The notes under the pieces were generated by a model that saw nothing but the letters and a program-made list of their open reading frames with translations, was not told where the DNA came from and ran no database searches. Shown here piece by piece: positions 46,649 to 56,439 of a DNA stretch of 64,000 nt; the stretch's first letter is position 1, and each line of letters begins with the position of its first letter. The DNA comes from a bacterium (GTDB lineage Bacteria > Desulfobacterota > DSWW01), in contig JBFLZG010000002.1 of the NCBI GenBank assembly GCA_040756235.1, forward strand, positions 64,001 to 128,000. Reading direction: 5' to 3'. A program made the translations under genes and the position numbers.

Positions 46649-47710
46649 ATGAGGAAATTCGTCACAGTGACACTTTTTGGCATTCTGGCTGCCGCGGCGC
46701 CGTCGATTCTGGGTTGTGGCGCCGGGGCGAGGCAGACCCGGAGCGAGCCTGCGGTCGAACCACGACCGGCCCCGGCGGCGGATGCAACCGATCCGGAAGA
46801 CGGTGCGCTCGAGGTCCAGCTCGCCGAAGGCAACCGGTACTGGGAGGAAGGCGACCTGCTGCAGGCCACCCGCATCGCGGACGAGATCCTGGCCCGGCAC
46901 CCGCAGCACCCCGGAGCAGAGGATCTTCTTGCGAGAGTGCGATCCGTACCGTTCTGCACCGTCTATCCGGGGGATACGCTCGGAGAGATCGCCGCGTACT
47001 ATTATCGCGACGCCAGGAAATGGACCGTGCTCGCCCGGGCCAACGGAATCGACGATCCCAGGCGGATCACGGCTTTTCAGCGCATACGCGTCCCTGTCAT
47101 CGCCCCGGAGCCGGGAGCAGCGACGGCGAAACGCTGCGAAGCCGACCGCATCCGATCGCGGTTCTTCGCAGGAAACGAGCCCGCCGGAACCCTGTCCCAT
47201 GAAGTCCGGGCGGGAGATCGGCTGGAGGCCCTTGCCGAAAAGAATTACGGGACCCGCAGCCTCGCTTCCTTTCTGGCTGACTTCAATCAGCTGGAGAACC
47301 TGGGTCCCCTGCAGCCCGGGTCCATCCTGCAAATCCCGACCTTTACCGGAAAGGCCAGAGCCGGGCGGGCAGCCCAGACCCCGAACGCTCTGGAGGAGGG
47401 GATGCTCGCCTGCCAGTCTCAGGACTATGCCGGAGGCTGTGAGCGCCTTGCCTCGATCCCGAAATCCTCGACCGATTACCCGAATGCGCAAAGACAGCTC
47501 GACCGGTGCCGGGTCGCAGGCGCCAGTCATTACGAGGCCCTGGGGGATGAGGCTCTCCGGAGCTCCAAGCCCGAACAGGCTCGTGACTTCTATCAAGCCG
47601 CCCTCGACCTGGAGCCGGAGCGCACGGCGATCCGAAGCAAGCTCGGCGAGATCACGGACATGCTGAAGGCCGTAGACCTCCTGGGGGCGGTGCCTCCGTC
47701 TGGTCCGTGA
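46649..47710 (+). CDS. LysM peptidoglycan-binding lipoprotein with TPR-like helices
   Basis: Signal/lipobox ILGC; two LysM-like domains (VYPGDTLGEIA...LARANGI; VRAGDRLEALA...LQIP). Confidence 0.75.
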   Translation: MRKFVTVTLFGILAAAAPSILGCGAGARQTRSEPAVEPRPAPAADATDPEDGALEVQLAEGNRYWEEGDLLQATRIADEILARHPQHPGAEDLLARVRSVPFCTVYPGDTLGEIAAYYYRDARKWTVLARANGIDDPRRITAFQRIRVPVIAPEPGAATAKRCEADRIRSRFFAGNEPAGTLSHEVRAGDRLEALAEKNYGTRSLASFLADFNQLENLGPLQPGSILQIPTFTGKARAGRAAQTPNALEEGMLACQSQDYAGGCERLASIPKSSTDYPNAQRQLDRCRVAGASHYEALGDEALRSSKPEQARDFYQAALDLEPERTAIRSKLGEITDMLKAVDLLGAVPPSGP

Positions 47711-47921
47711 AATCCACGCTCCCTTCCAGGGCCGCCGGCTCCGCGGCCTCCCGATCCTGATCCCGTTGATCCAAGACGGTGCCTTCCTGCATCTGTGATG
47801 TTCAGGTGCACCGTTGACATTCCACCCCTTGATCCTCTCACGATACGGTCACGAGCGGTAAGGATTTGCTTTCGAAATCTGACCAGACCACTGAGGTCCG
47901 TGGGAGAGAAAGGGCTCGGAG

Positions 47922-48572
47922 GTGGAGAGAATTCACTACCCAGTCAGTTACAAGAAGGAGTTGAAGCACCTTTACCATGCGTCTTCCAGTGAGGTGGAGG
48001 TCGTGGAAGTGCCGCCGATGAGGTTCCTCATGGTGGACGGGACGGGAGATCCGAACGCCTCCCAGGAGTTCCAGGAAGCGGTGGAAAGCCTGTTCGCCGT
48101 GTCTTTCACGTCCAGGATCCTGATGAACAAGAGCCGCGAGGGGATCGCGCATGGAGTCATGCCGCTCGAAGGTCTCTGGTGGGCCGACGAGATGTCCCGC
48201 ATCCGTCTGCAGGACAAGGGCAGCTGGAAATGGACGCTGATGATCATGCAGCCCGAGCCTGTCGACGCGGACATCGTTCGGCAGGCCGTGCGCCAGGTGT
48301 TCAGGAAGAAGAACCTGTCGGTCCTGGGCAAGCTCAGGTTCGAAGAGTTCTCGGAGGGCAGTGCCGCGCAGATCATGCACGTCGGACCTTTCTCGCAGGA
48401 CGCCGGCACGATCGAGAGACTGCACGATTTCATCGCATCCAACGGCTTCGTTCCTTCCGGCAAGCATCACGAAATCTATCTCAGCGATGTCCGGAGGACG
48501 CCGGCCGGAAAATGGAAGACCATCCTGCGCCAGCCCATCCGGGTGCGGAGCCCGTGCCGCGAGCCTGCGTGA
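47922..48572 (+). CDS. GyrI-like small-molecule-binding domain protein
   Basis: FLMVDG-GDPN, PLEGLWW, W-WTLMIMQP, QIMHVGP, HHEIYLSD, KTILRQP. Confidence 0.8.
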   Translation: MERIHYPVSYKKELKHLYHASSSEVEVVEVPPMRFLMVDGTGDPNASQEFQEAVESLFAVSFTSRILMNKSREGIAHGVMPLEGLWWADEMSRIRLQDKGSWKWTLMIMQPEPVDADIVRQAVRQVFRKKNLSVLGKLRFEEFSEGSAAQIMHVGPFSQDAGTIERLHDFIASNGFVPSGKHHEIYLSDVRRTPAGKWKTILRQPIRVRSPCREPA

Positions 48573-48573
48573 T

Positions 48574-48608
48574 AGGCTGGCGCCAAACGGCCTTCTGCGG
48601 CGTTGCTC
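48574..48608 (-). repeat. Partial MITE/REP-like element end (reverse orientation)
   Basis: Reverse complement gagcaacgccgcagaaggccgtttggcgccagcct matches the right end of copies A and B. Confidence 0.55.
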
Positions 48609-48862
48609 CGACTGGTGAGTTGCCGCTCTTCAGCGGCTATTCGTCGGCAGTGTGAGAGGAGGTGCTGAGCCGCATGGATGCCCGGAGTCCGCGATCTCGT
48701 TTCGGTCTCGCGGTCGAGGGGGAGCCTGAGAACTGAAAATCGAGAACTGACGACCCCGGGGGGCGGCGGTTCCCTTTGACCTGCGGTCTCGTACGCAAAT
48801 ATACTGCGGCACAGAGGGTGGGGACATAGGCCCTCTTCCGAGGCCCCTGAAGGAGCGAGCCC

Positions 48863-49402
48863 GTGAACGATGCGTCGGGTCTTTCATCCATGGTAGCCCT
48901 GGACCCCTCGGGACGGCCGGTGCGGCTGGGGAGCTTCTGGGAGGCGAAGCCGGTCGTCCTGGTTTTCATCCGCCATTTCGGCTGACTGCTTTGCCAGGAG
49001 CAGGTCGCGCAGTTGCGCGGCGTGACGGATGAGGTCCGGCGGCGAGGAGCCGAAATCCTGGTCGTGGGCAGCGGCCGGCCCGACCAGGCTGCGCGCTTCC
49101 GCGAGGAGCAGAATATCGGCTTCCCGCTTCTGGTCGATCCGCAGCTGGAGGCGTATCGGGCCGCCGGCCTCAGACGCGGGGTCCGCCGGATCGCCAACCT
49201 GAGGACCCTCGCCCACAGCTTCCGTGCCATGCGGAAGGGATTTCGACAGAAGAGAACGCAGGGAGACCCCTGGCAGCTCGGAGGCACTTTCGTGATTGCT
49301 CCCGGTGCCAGGGTGCTCTTCCGACATGTGAGCCGTGAAGCCGGAGATCATCCGGACACGAGGGAAATCCTCGACGCCCTGGACCGGGCTGCCCACGGTT
49401 GA
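48863..49402 (+). CDS. Peroxiredoxin-like (AhpC/TSA-2, SelL/SelU-like) thioredoxin-fold protein, probable selenoprotein (UxxC)
   Basis: AAGGAG RBS, GTG 48863, VVLVFIRHFG-TGA(48983)-LLCQE continuing in frame into the 49013 ORF (VDP--EAYRA-GL, QLGGTFV, DHP). Confidence 0.82.
48986..49020 (+). promoter_or_regulatory. Candidate bacterial SECIS element
   Basis: GCAGGTC at 49000-49006, 14 nt after the UGA, resembles the E. coli fdhF SECIS apex as I recall it; local hairpin potential (ctgct/agcag; gtcgcgc/gcgcggc). Confidence 0.5.
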
Positions 49403-49445
49403 TGCCTGCGATCAGGGCTCGGATCGGCGTGCGCCAACGGCCGAT

Positions 49446-49505
49446 CGCCGCAGATAATCCGTTATCGACAGCCTCGTAGGGATGTCGAAAACACCCCCTT
49501 GAGAG
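49446..49505. repeat. Partial MITE/REP-like element end plus hairpin
   Basis: cgccgcagataatccgttatcgacagcctc followed by gggatgtcgaaaacacccc, similar to 2551-2574 and 2707-2737. Confidence 0.55.
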
Positions 49506-49512
49506 TCAGACC

Positions 49513-50607
49513 GTGACCGCTATCCCGACGGCCTCCAAGGCGCCCCTGCTGTTCGAAGCGCTCCCCGGCCTGGAGAGACGTTTTCCCTGGATTTCCCTGG
49601 TGGAGGGCCCGACCCCCGTGCAATTGCTCGAACGGCTGAGCGCGAGGGTCGGAGGCGAGATCTGGGTCAAGAGAGATGACCAGACCTCGCCCGTGTACGG
49701 CGGAAACAAGCCGAGAAAGCTGGAGTTCCTGCTGGCCCACGCGCTTTCTGCCGGCGCGCACACGCTCGTCACCGCAGGAGGCCTGGGAACCAACCACGGG
49801 CTGGCCACGGCGATTTTCGGCGGAAAGCTGGGCTTCCACGTCGTGCTCGGCCTGTTCGACCAACCGGTCACCGAGCACGTTCGAAGGAGCTTGCTCTTGT
49901 ATCACTCCTTCGGCGCCGAAATGATGCACCTGGGATCCAAGCTCAGAGGCATGCTCCAGTTGGGGATCCTCGAACGGATTCGGCGTCCGCAGGCCTGCTT
50001 CATTCCCCTGGGCGGATCTTCCCCGGTGGGCTGCCTCGGCTTCGTCAACGCCGGCCTGGAGCTTGCCCGGCAGATCGAGCGCGGCCACCTGCCCCGGCCA
50101 GCCTCCATATTCGTGGCCGTCGGGTCGTGCGGCACCATGGCCGGCCTGGTCCTTGGGCTCAAGCTCGCCGGGGTACCGGTTCCGGTGGTGGGCGTCCAGG
50201 TGGCCCCCCGAATCGTCGTGAACCCGAGGGCCGTGCTGCGGCTCGCCAGGCGCACGCAGAGGCTCCTGGACGGCGGCGCCGACAACGCCGCAGGCGGCTC
50301 TCTGTGCCTGAGGGACTTCCCGGTCGAGACGCACCACTACGGCTCGGGCTACGGGCATCCGACCGCGGCGGGTCGCTCCGCGGCGAGTCTGCTCGCGCAG
50401 ACCGAGGGCATTCCGCTGGAGCCGACCTACACGGCCAAGACCTTTGCGGCCGTTCTGGCCCGCGCAGGGCAGAAGCGCGGGTCCGGTCCCGTCCTCTTCT
50501 GGAACACCTTCAACTCCGTGGACCTTTCGAGCAAGGCTCAGCTCGTCGATCCGTTTTCTCTGCCGAAAGCTTTTCATCGATTCTTCGCATGTCGGCCGCA
50601 CGAGTGA
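49513..50607 (+). CDS. D-cysteine desulfhydrase / ACC deaminase family PLP enzyme
   Basis: PTPV, WVKRDD, GGNKPRKLEFLL, TNHG, GSCGT-AGL, LEPTYTAK. Confidence 0.85.
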   Translation: MTAIPTASKAPLLFEALPGLERRFPWISLVEGPTPVQLLERLSARVGGEIWVKRDDQTSPVYGGNKPRKLEFLLAHALSAGAHTLVTAGGLGTNHGLATAIFGGKLGFHVVLGLFDQPVTEHVRRSLLLYHSFGAEMMHLGSKLRGMLQLGILERIRRPQACFIPLGGSSPVGCLGFVNAGLELARQIERGHLPRPASIFVAVGSCGTMAGLVLGLKLAGVPVPVVGVQVAPRIVVNPRAVLRLARRTQRLLDGGADNAAGGSLCLRDFPVETHHYGSGYGHPTAAGRSAASLLAQTEGIPLEPTYTAKTFAAVLARAGQKRGSGPVLFWNTFNSVDLSSKAQLVDPFSLPKAFHRFFACRPHE

Positions 50608-50840
50608 GCGGGCGGGCAGGCTCAGAGCAAGTGGGGGGGCTGGCGAATCCGCAATCTTCGTCCTGATCCTTCTGATCCTTGCGCCGGGCCTGCCACCTGA
50701 AGAGCGCGGTCCAAGGAGGAAGTCCGGCGAACGGAGCCCCGGAACCTGGGGGCGGGCGTACCTGGAGCTTTTGGGTCAGGCTCTAATCTAATAGGATGGT
50801 GCTTGCATTCCCTGTCCCGAACGAGAGAACAGGAGAGGTC

Positions 50841-52100
50841 ATGCCGATGCAGGATGTGCTGGCTATCGTCTTGGGCGGCGGTCGAGGATCCCGCCTGTAT
50901 CCGCTGACCAAGCTGCGCGCCAAGCCCGCGGTGCCCCTGGCGAGCAAGTACCGCCTCATCGACATCCCGATCAGTAACTGCATCAATTCGGGGCTGAATA
51001 GGATCTTCGTCCTGACCCAATTCCTCTCTGCCTCGCTCCACCGGCACGTATACGATACCTACAAGTTCGACGTGTTCGCCAAAGGCTTCGTCGAGATCCT
51101 GCCGGCCGAGCAGACCCACACCAGCAAGGCCTGGTACCAGGGGACTGCAGACGCGGTCCGGAGGCAGATGCACCGCTTCGTCAGCCGCGAGCCTGAGGAC
51201 GTCCTCATCCTGGCCGGCGACCATCTCTACCGAATGGATTATGCGGAGTTTCTGCAGTTCCACCGTGCGAGCGGCGCCGAGGTCACAACGGCGGTTTTTC
51301 CGGTGGAAGCGCAGGAGGCGAGCCGCTTCGGCATCCTCAAGACGGACCGCCGGGGCCGAATCACCGACTTTCGTGAAAAACCCAGGCGGCAAGAGGATCT
51401 CAGCGGCTTGGAGAGCGAGACCGGAACGGCAGAGCGGTACCTGGCCTCCATGGGGATCTACATCTTCAAGATGCCGGTGCTGAAGTCTCTTCTCGACGAG
51501 ATCGCCGGCGATGACTTTGGCACGCACATCCTTCCCAAGGCGATCGGCACCCGGCGGGTGCATGCTTTTCTCTACAACGGATACTGGGTGGACATCGGGA
51601 CCATTTCCTCGTTTTATGATGCCAACCTTGCGTTGACCCGGTCGCACCCTCCCTTCGACTTCTATGATCCCCGGAAGCCCATCTATACACGATCTCGTTT
51701 CCTGCCGCCCTCGCTCATCGAGGACTGCAGGATGAGGCGAGCGGCCGTGGCCGACGGCTGCCGTCTGCAGGGGGCGGAGATCGAAGAAAGCATCGTCGGC
51801 TTGCGCAGCATCATCTACCCGGGCGCCCGTCTGAGCCAGGTCGTGATGATGGGCGCCGATTACTACGAGGACCAGGGAGACATTGCGGGGGACTGCGAGA
51901 AGGGATGGCCCCCGATCGGAATCGGAGGGGGCAGCCGGATCGAGCGGGCGATCATCGACAAGAACGCGCGCATTGGCCACGGCGTCGTGATTCGGTCCCG
52001 TGCCGGTGAGCCGGACAGGGAAGAGGATACATTCGCGCTCCGCGACGGAATCGTGGTGATTCCGAAGAATACCGTGATCCCGGACGGGACCGTGATCTGA
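50841..52100 (+). CDS. glgC: Glucose-1-phosphate adenylyltransferase
   Basis: LGGGRGSRLYPLTK-RAKPAVP, WYQGTADAVR, GDHLYRMDY, F-EKP, SMGIY, DDFG, IIDKNARIG. Confidence 0.96.
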   Translation: MPMQDVLAIVLGGGRGSRLYPLTKLRAKPAVPLASKYRLIDIPISNCINSGLNRIFVLTQFLSASLHRHVYDTYKFDVFAKGFVEILPAEQTHTSKAWYQGTADAVRRQMHRFVSREPEDVLILAGDHLYRMDYAEFLQFHRASGAEVTTAVFPVEAQEASRFGILKTDRRGRITDFREKPRRQEDLSGLESETGTAERYLASMGIYIFKMPVLKSLLDEIAGDDFGTHILPKAIGTRRVHAFLYNGYWVDIGTISSFYDANLALTRSHPPFDFYDPRKPIYTRSRFLPPSLIEDCRMRRAAVADGCRLQGAEIEESIVGLRSIIYPGARLSQVVMMGADYYEDQGDIAGDCEKGWPPIGIGGGSRIERAIIDKNARIGHGVVIRSRAGEPDREEDTFALRDGIVVIPKNTVIPDGTVI

Positions 52101-52315
52101 GGGGGCATGGGCGACGGACGGAACGAGAATCGCGGGGCGGTGCGTGCGCCCTTGCCTGACACTGCACTTCTTTGACGATCTCAGGTGAGCTGAACAAGAA
52201 GCCCGGTCGGCCCGGGGCCTCTCCCGCTCTCCGACCGTTCGCAGTTGTCCCGTGGGGAAACCGGTGCTATAAGGGAGTGGCTTGCACTTCTCGAATACGG
52301 AGGTCCGGCCAGGAA

Positions 52316-52843
52316 ATGAAGGGGATTCTTACGGGCATGGCAGTGCTGCTGCTTCTTGCAGGCGACGGATATGCAACCGGGGAACGGCGCCCGGGCGGCC
52401 AGGCGCGGGAGGAACCGCTCAGGATCTGCCAGAATCTCATGGACCTCAAGGTGCCCGGGTCTCGTGCGGACGCCGAGATGGATCTTCCGCCTCTGGAGAG
52501 GCCGGCAGAGGAGGCGAAGGGTGAAGAAGAGCAGGCCGTGTCCGCCGATCATGATGACCGGCAGGCCGCCCCTGAAGCACGGCAGGAAGTCCCTGCGGAC
52601 CGCAGCGGCAAACAGGGGCCCGGAGCCCCTGCAGCAGCCGCAACGGTCGGAGAGGCGCAGAAGCCTTCGTCGGGCGCCGGCCCCGCGCCATCTCCTCCCT
52701 CGGGGTCAGATGCACGCCAGGGGGCAGCGGACGGAGATTCCGCCCTGCTGCTGAAGAGCAAGACGCCCGAGAAATACCTCACCCACCACGAGGAAATCGA
52801 CAAAGACCTCATCCGCATTTACGACCGCTTCTACAAGAAGTGA
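52316..52843 (+). CDS. Hypothetical exported low-complexity protein
   Basis: Signal-peptide-like MKGILTGMAVLLLLAG, Ala/Pro/Glu-rich middle, ordered C-terminus (HEEIDKDLIRIYDRFYKK). Confidence 0.55.
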   Translation: MKGILTGMAVLLLLAGDGYATGERRPGGQAREEPLRICQNLMDLKVPGSRADAEMDLPPLERPAEEAKGEEEQAVSADHDDRQAAPEARQEVPADRSGKQGPGAPAAAATVGEAQKPSSGAGPAPSPPSGSDARQGAADGDSALLLKSKTPEKYLTHHEEIDKDLIRIYDRFYKK

Positions 52844-52918
52844 CCCGGCCGCACCCGCTTCGAGAGTGACTCCCCTCCGCTGTCATCTTTGACAGCCTGT
52901 CCAAGAATTCGGCTCTTG

Positions 52919-53092
52919 GGAGGCTGTTCGGAAATGTCCAGGTGCAAGGCGCACGAAATCCGGAGGCCTGTTCCGAGGAGCGCGAGCGACGAGGAAACTC
53001 CCGGTATCCCTGACCGCCGCAACAGGGCGTCGGGGGATTGCTTCGCTTCGCTCGCAACAGGCTCCGCAGATGGGCGTTTTGGTACAGGCTCT
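52919..53092. repeat. MITE/REP-like element copy C with nested palindromic insert
   Basis: aggctgttcggaaatgtcca..tgcaaggcgc...ccgcagatgggcgtttt..acaggctc; inner unit bounded by gcctgtt/aacaggc containing gcgagcgacg...gcttcgcttcgctcgc. Confidence 0.65.
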
Positions 53093-53894
53093 AGATATGT
53101 TCCTGGGCATAGCAGGCCAAACACCTGCCTGCACAGGAAGACCTTCTCGGAACCTTCCACAGCAGGACGGATTCCGGGCATACGCACAGACATCCCTTCC
53201 GGGCCGCCACGGGCCGTGCCTTCGCCTCGAGCGGTCGGCCCGTGACCCACTCGAAGTCGAAGCAGCTTCCGGCAGGGATCCCGTGCGTGACGAGGTCGGT
53301 GGCGCAAGTGCGGATGTCGATCCCCCTGGAAATGCCTGTCCGTAACCGCCTGCCGATTTCCGCTGCAGACAGGGGGAGCATGCGAAGACCGCGTGCCGCG
53401 AGCCGTGGCCGGATCTTGCTCGCGTACCTTGGATACGCGATCAGGGAGACGCGCACCCGACTCAGCCCTCTCTGCCCGGCCAGATCCAGGAGGGTGTCGA
53501 TCTGGTCGACGTTGGTCAACCTGCTGTCAGGTCCTTCCCAGGCTTGCAGAGGATCGATCCTGAGGCAGACCCGCTCGGCCGGGATCCTGCAGCTTCGAAG
53601 GAGACGGTCCATGGCTGCGAAAGCTTTCGAGGTCGGCTCGATCCCGGGTTCCACGGGCGTTCCGCCGAGTCCGGTGACCGTGACCTGGAGCGCCACCGGG
53701 ACTCGGGATTGTGCGAGCCTCGAGAGGAGCTCGGTCAGGACGGGATTGGACAGGAATCTGGTAGGCGAGTGGGTCCAGAGGTGGACCCCCAGGATGGGCC
53801 TCGCTCCCTGCGAGCAGGTCTCCACGAATTGCGCGAGGCACCGGGACTCTTCCTCCTCGCTGACGTCCGACATCCTCGGTCCGTCGATGACCAC
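53091..53894 (-). CDS. DUF1848-like putative Fe-S protein
   Basis: LWT, QVTVTG...EPG, LRIDPL, RTCA, SCFD, RKGCLC and C-terminal CAGRCLACYA; follows glpD. Start uncertain (GTG 53894 or ATG 53873). Confidence 0.55.
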   Translation of the reverse strand: MVIDGPRMSDVSEEEESRCLAQFVETCSQGARPILGVHLWTHSPTRFLSNPVLTELLSRLAQSRVPVALQVTVTGLGGTPVEPGIEPTSKAFAAMDRLLRSCRIPAERVCLRIDPLQAWEGPDSRLTNVDQIDTLLDLAGQRGLSRVRVSLIAYPRYASKIRPRLAARGLRMLPLSAAEIGRRLRTGISRGIDIRTCATDLVTHGIPAGSCFDFEWVTGRPLEAKARPVAARKGCLCVCPESVLLWKVPRRSSCAGRCLACYAQEHI

Positions 53895-53983
53895 CGGCTT
53901 CAGCCTGCGGCCCGCGGCACCGGGGCGGAGGTCCTCGAGAGGACCGGTGTCCGTCGGGTCCTGCGCGAAGATAGGGTGGTGGG

Positions 53984-55615
53984 TCAGGGGATCCGGACGT
54001 ATCGGCGGAATTTCGCGATTTCCTCTTCGGTCCGCTCGGCGGTCCAACCGAGCCGTTCGGCCAACATCCCGGCACACCGGCGGGTGCAGGCCTCCCCAGG
54101 GTCCCCCAGGGTTCCGATGCCGGTCCTGCGAAGGAGAAGGTCGGACAGCGTGACACACATCTCCCGCTGAACGGCGTGGTGGACCTCGGCCACGATGTCC
54201 TCCTGCGTCTCGCAGATCGCTTCCCCGGCCGCGGGGTCTTCCCGCAGCACGGGGAACAGCTCCGTGTACGCGCTTCCGTAAGTCCGCACGAGGTGCTCGC
54301 AGGTCGAGGCACGGAGGCCGAAAGGAGCTTTCCGTACGGCTTCCTCGATCGCCTCCGGCAGACTGGCCAGCTCGCCGCCGTGAACCGGTCTCGCGTGCGT
54401 ACGGCAAGGCGCAGGGGGCCGTTGCAGCCTCTTCAAGATCAGCGTGACGACCTTTTCGGCGAGATGTCGGCTCGTCGTGTACTTCCCTCCGATCACGGTC
54501 GTCATCCCCTTGAGACCTTCCTCGGCCTCGTGATCGTGGATCTCGTACTTGCGGGAGGCCTCGTAAACGCTCTGCGTGTCCTGATCGACGATGGGACGAA
54601 GTCCTGCATAGCAGTGGCGGACGTCGTTGTAGGTCAGGCCGGCCGCCGGCATGCACTCGTTCAAGTCGGCCAGGAAGGACTCGATGTCGGAGCGCGCGAC
54701 CGAAACGTCGTTCGGGTCGCCGACGTACTCGGTGTCGGTCGTGCCGAGCAGGGACTGTCCCCGCCACGGCAAGACGAAGATATGCCGTCCCTTGGCGGTG
54801 ATGAGGGCGATGGCGTGCTTGTAGGAGACGGGTCTCGTGATCACGTGGATTCCCTTGGATCTCCTCACTTTCCGCTGGTGCACGCCCTTGCACATGCTCA
54901 GGATGTGGTCGGCCCAGGGACCGGTCACGTTGGCCGTCATGCGGGCCCGCAGGTCGTGCTCCTCTCCGGTGAGCCGATCCCGGACTCGAGCGCCCTCGAT
55001 GCGGTCGTCCGTGCGCAACAGGTCGATCACTTCCGCATAATTGGCCACCCGGGCGCCCTTGCGGGCTGCCGAGCGGATGAATTCGAGACAGAGGCGTTCC
55101 GGGTTGACGTCCTGGCAGTCGTAGTACAGATAGGCCCCCGTTAGACCGTCGGGATGGATGTTCGGCTCGTCCCGCAGCACGCGATCCGGCTTGAGAAACC
55201 GGTGTCGGGGTATGCGCTTGTCTTGCGGAAGCCCCCACGACTTGTCGAACGAGAGCGCGTCGTAGAGCATCATGCCCGACATGAGCAGAAAGCGATTGTT
55301 GGCGGCGCCGCGGTAAACGGGGACGAGGAAGGGGATAGGAAGGACGGCGTGCGGCGCGATTCGGGACAGAATCCTCCGTTCCCGGAGAGACTCGCGCACG
55401 AGGCCGAATTCCCGATTCTTCAGGTAGCGCAGTCCTCCGTGAATGAGCTTGGAGGTGGCCGAGGTGGTGGCGGACCCGAAATCCCCCTTGTCCAGCAGAG
55501 CTACCCGAAGCCCCCGCAGCGCGGCGTCCCACGACAGGCAGGCGCCCGTGATGCCTCCCCCGATGATGAGGAGGTCGTGCTGTTCCTGAGACATGAGGTG
55601 CAAGTCTCGTTGCAT
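53984..55615 (-). CDS. glpD: FAD-dependent glycerol-3-phosphate dehydrogenase/oxidase
   Basis: IIGGGITG, DAALRGL, TSKLIHGGLRYL, GPWAD, SKGIH, GTTD, AGLRP, GGKYTT. Confidence 0.9.
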   Translation of the reverse strand: MQRDLHLMSQEQHDLLIIGGGITGACLSWDAALRGLRVALLDKGDFGSATTSATSKLIHGGLRYLKNREFGLVRESLRERRILSRIAPHAVLPIPFLVPVYRGAANNRFLLMSGMMLYDALSFDKSWGLPQDKRIPRHRFLKPDRVLRDEPNIHPDGLTGAYLYYDCQDVNPERLCLEFIRSAARKGARVANYAEVIDLLRTDDRIEGARVRDRLTGEEHDLRARMTANVTGPWADHILSMCKGVHQRKVRRSKGIHVITRPVSYKHAIALITAKGRHIFVLPWRGQSLLGTTDTEYVGDPNDVSVARSDIESFLADLNECMPAAGLTYNDVRHCYAGLRPIVDQDTQSVYEASRKYEIHDHEAEEGLKGMTTVIGGKYTTSRHLAEKVVTLILKRLQRPPAPCRTHARPVHGGELASLPEAIEEAVRKAPFGLRASTCEHLVRTYGSAYTELFPVLREDPAAGEAICETQEDIVAEVHHAVQREMCVTLSDLLLRRTGIGTLGDPGEACTRRCAGMLAERLGWTAERTEEEIAKFRRYVRIP

Positions 55616-55643
55616 GCGCGGCACTCCGGTCGTTCCGGACGCT

Positions 55644-56054
55644 TCACGACGGTTCGAGGGACGAGAGGGGATAGCCTCGGATCGCCTCCAGGAGGCGTTC
55701 GAGCTGGAAGGGTTTCTGGATGAGTCTGTAGTGAGGATGGCTTTCCAACTCCTCCTGCAGCCGCTTTTCCGTATCGGATTCGTCGAGCCAGGCGCTCAGA
55801 AAGATCACCTTGATGGAGGGTCTTCTCTCCCGCAGCCGGGAGACGATGGAGAGGCCGTTCTCGACGGGCATCATGATGTCGGATATGATGAGGTCGGGAC
55901 GGAATTCGTCGAACACGGCGGAAGCGCTCTCACCGTCATCGGCCACGCGGACCTCGTAAGCATGGCCTTCCAGAAAGGTCTTGAGAAGGACTCGGATGGC
56001 GTACTCGTCGTCCACTACCAGGATGCGTCGCACGGGGTGGTCGCTCTTCTGCAT
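55644..56054 (-). CDS. Single-domain response regulator (receiver)
   Basis: ILVVDDE, DLIISDIMMP, FLSA, KPF. Confidence 0.88.
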   Translation of the reverse strand: MQKSDHPVRRILVVDDEYAIRVLLKTFLEGHAYEVRVADDGESASAVFDEFRPDLIISDIMMPVENGLSIVSRLRERRPSIKVIFLSAWLDESDTEKRLQEELESHPHYRLIQKPFQLERLLEAIRGYPLSSLEPS

Positions 56055-56251
56055 GAATGGGGCGCCTCGCTCGGAATGGCTGCGCAAATCGCGACCGGCC
56101 GCAGAAAGTCGTTACGAGCCTCTCCCGCATGGATAACCAAATCAGATATAAGAATTCGGACCTGCTTGTCAACGTTTTGTCCGTTCGACGCCGAGCCGCC
56201 GGCCGGCCGCAGCCGTCGGCCCGGCAGCCGGTCCACGAGATCCATGATATG

Positions 56252-56393
56252 GAGGCCGTTCAGAAAGGTTCCGGACGCAAGGCGCGCGAAGTCTCAAGGA
56301 GCGAGGCGTACTCACGCACGCCGCAGGGCTGCACGGGGATGGCTTCGCTGCGCTCGCGACAGGCTCCGCAGACGGGCCTTTTTCAACGGTCTG
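56252..56393. repeat. MITE/REP-like element copy D
   Basis: aggccgttcagaaagg..cgcaaggcgcgcg..gaggcgtac..acgccgcag...ccgcagacgggcctttttcaacggtct; same skeleton as copies A-C. Confidence 0.65.
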
Positions 56394-56439
56394 CTCGGAT
56401 CGGACGTGATTCCCGGTTACACGGAAGGGAAGGAACCTC

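Noticed and set aside
43367..47840. Isolated TTGACA hexamers at 43367 and 47814
   Set aside because: No convincing -10 element at 16-18 nt spacing.
40806..48000. Genomic island integrated at tRNA-Leu
   Set aside because: No integrase, no duplicated tRNA 3' end noticed and no obvious compositional shift; downstream genes are ordinary.
48863..49402. Pseudogene interpretation of the in-frame TGA, or a start at 49013
   Set aside because: The TGA falls exactly on the catalytic Cys column with a SECIS-like sequence downstream and no other lesions, so selenocysteine is more parsimonious, though unproven.
53091..55532. 813-aa minus-strand ORF
   Set aside because: Most of it is an alternative frame of glpD; only the portion after the glpD stop looks like a real protein.
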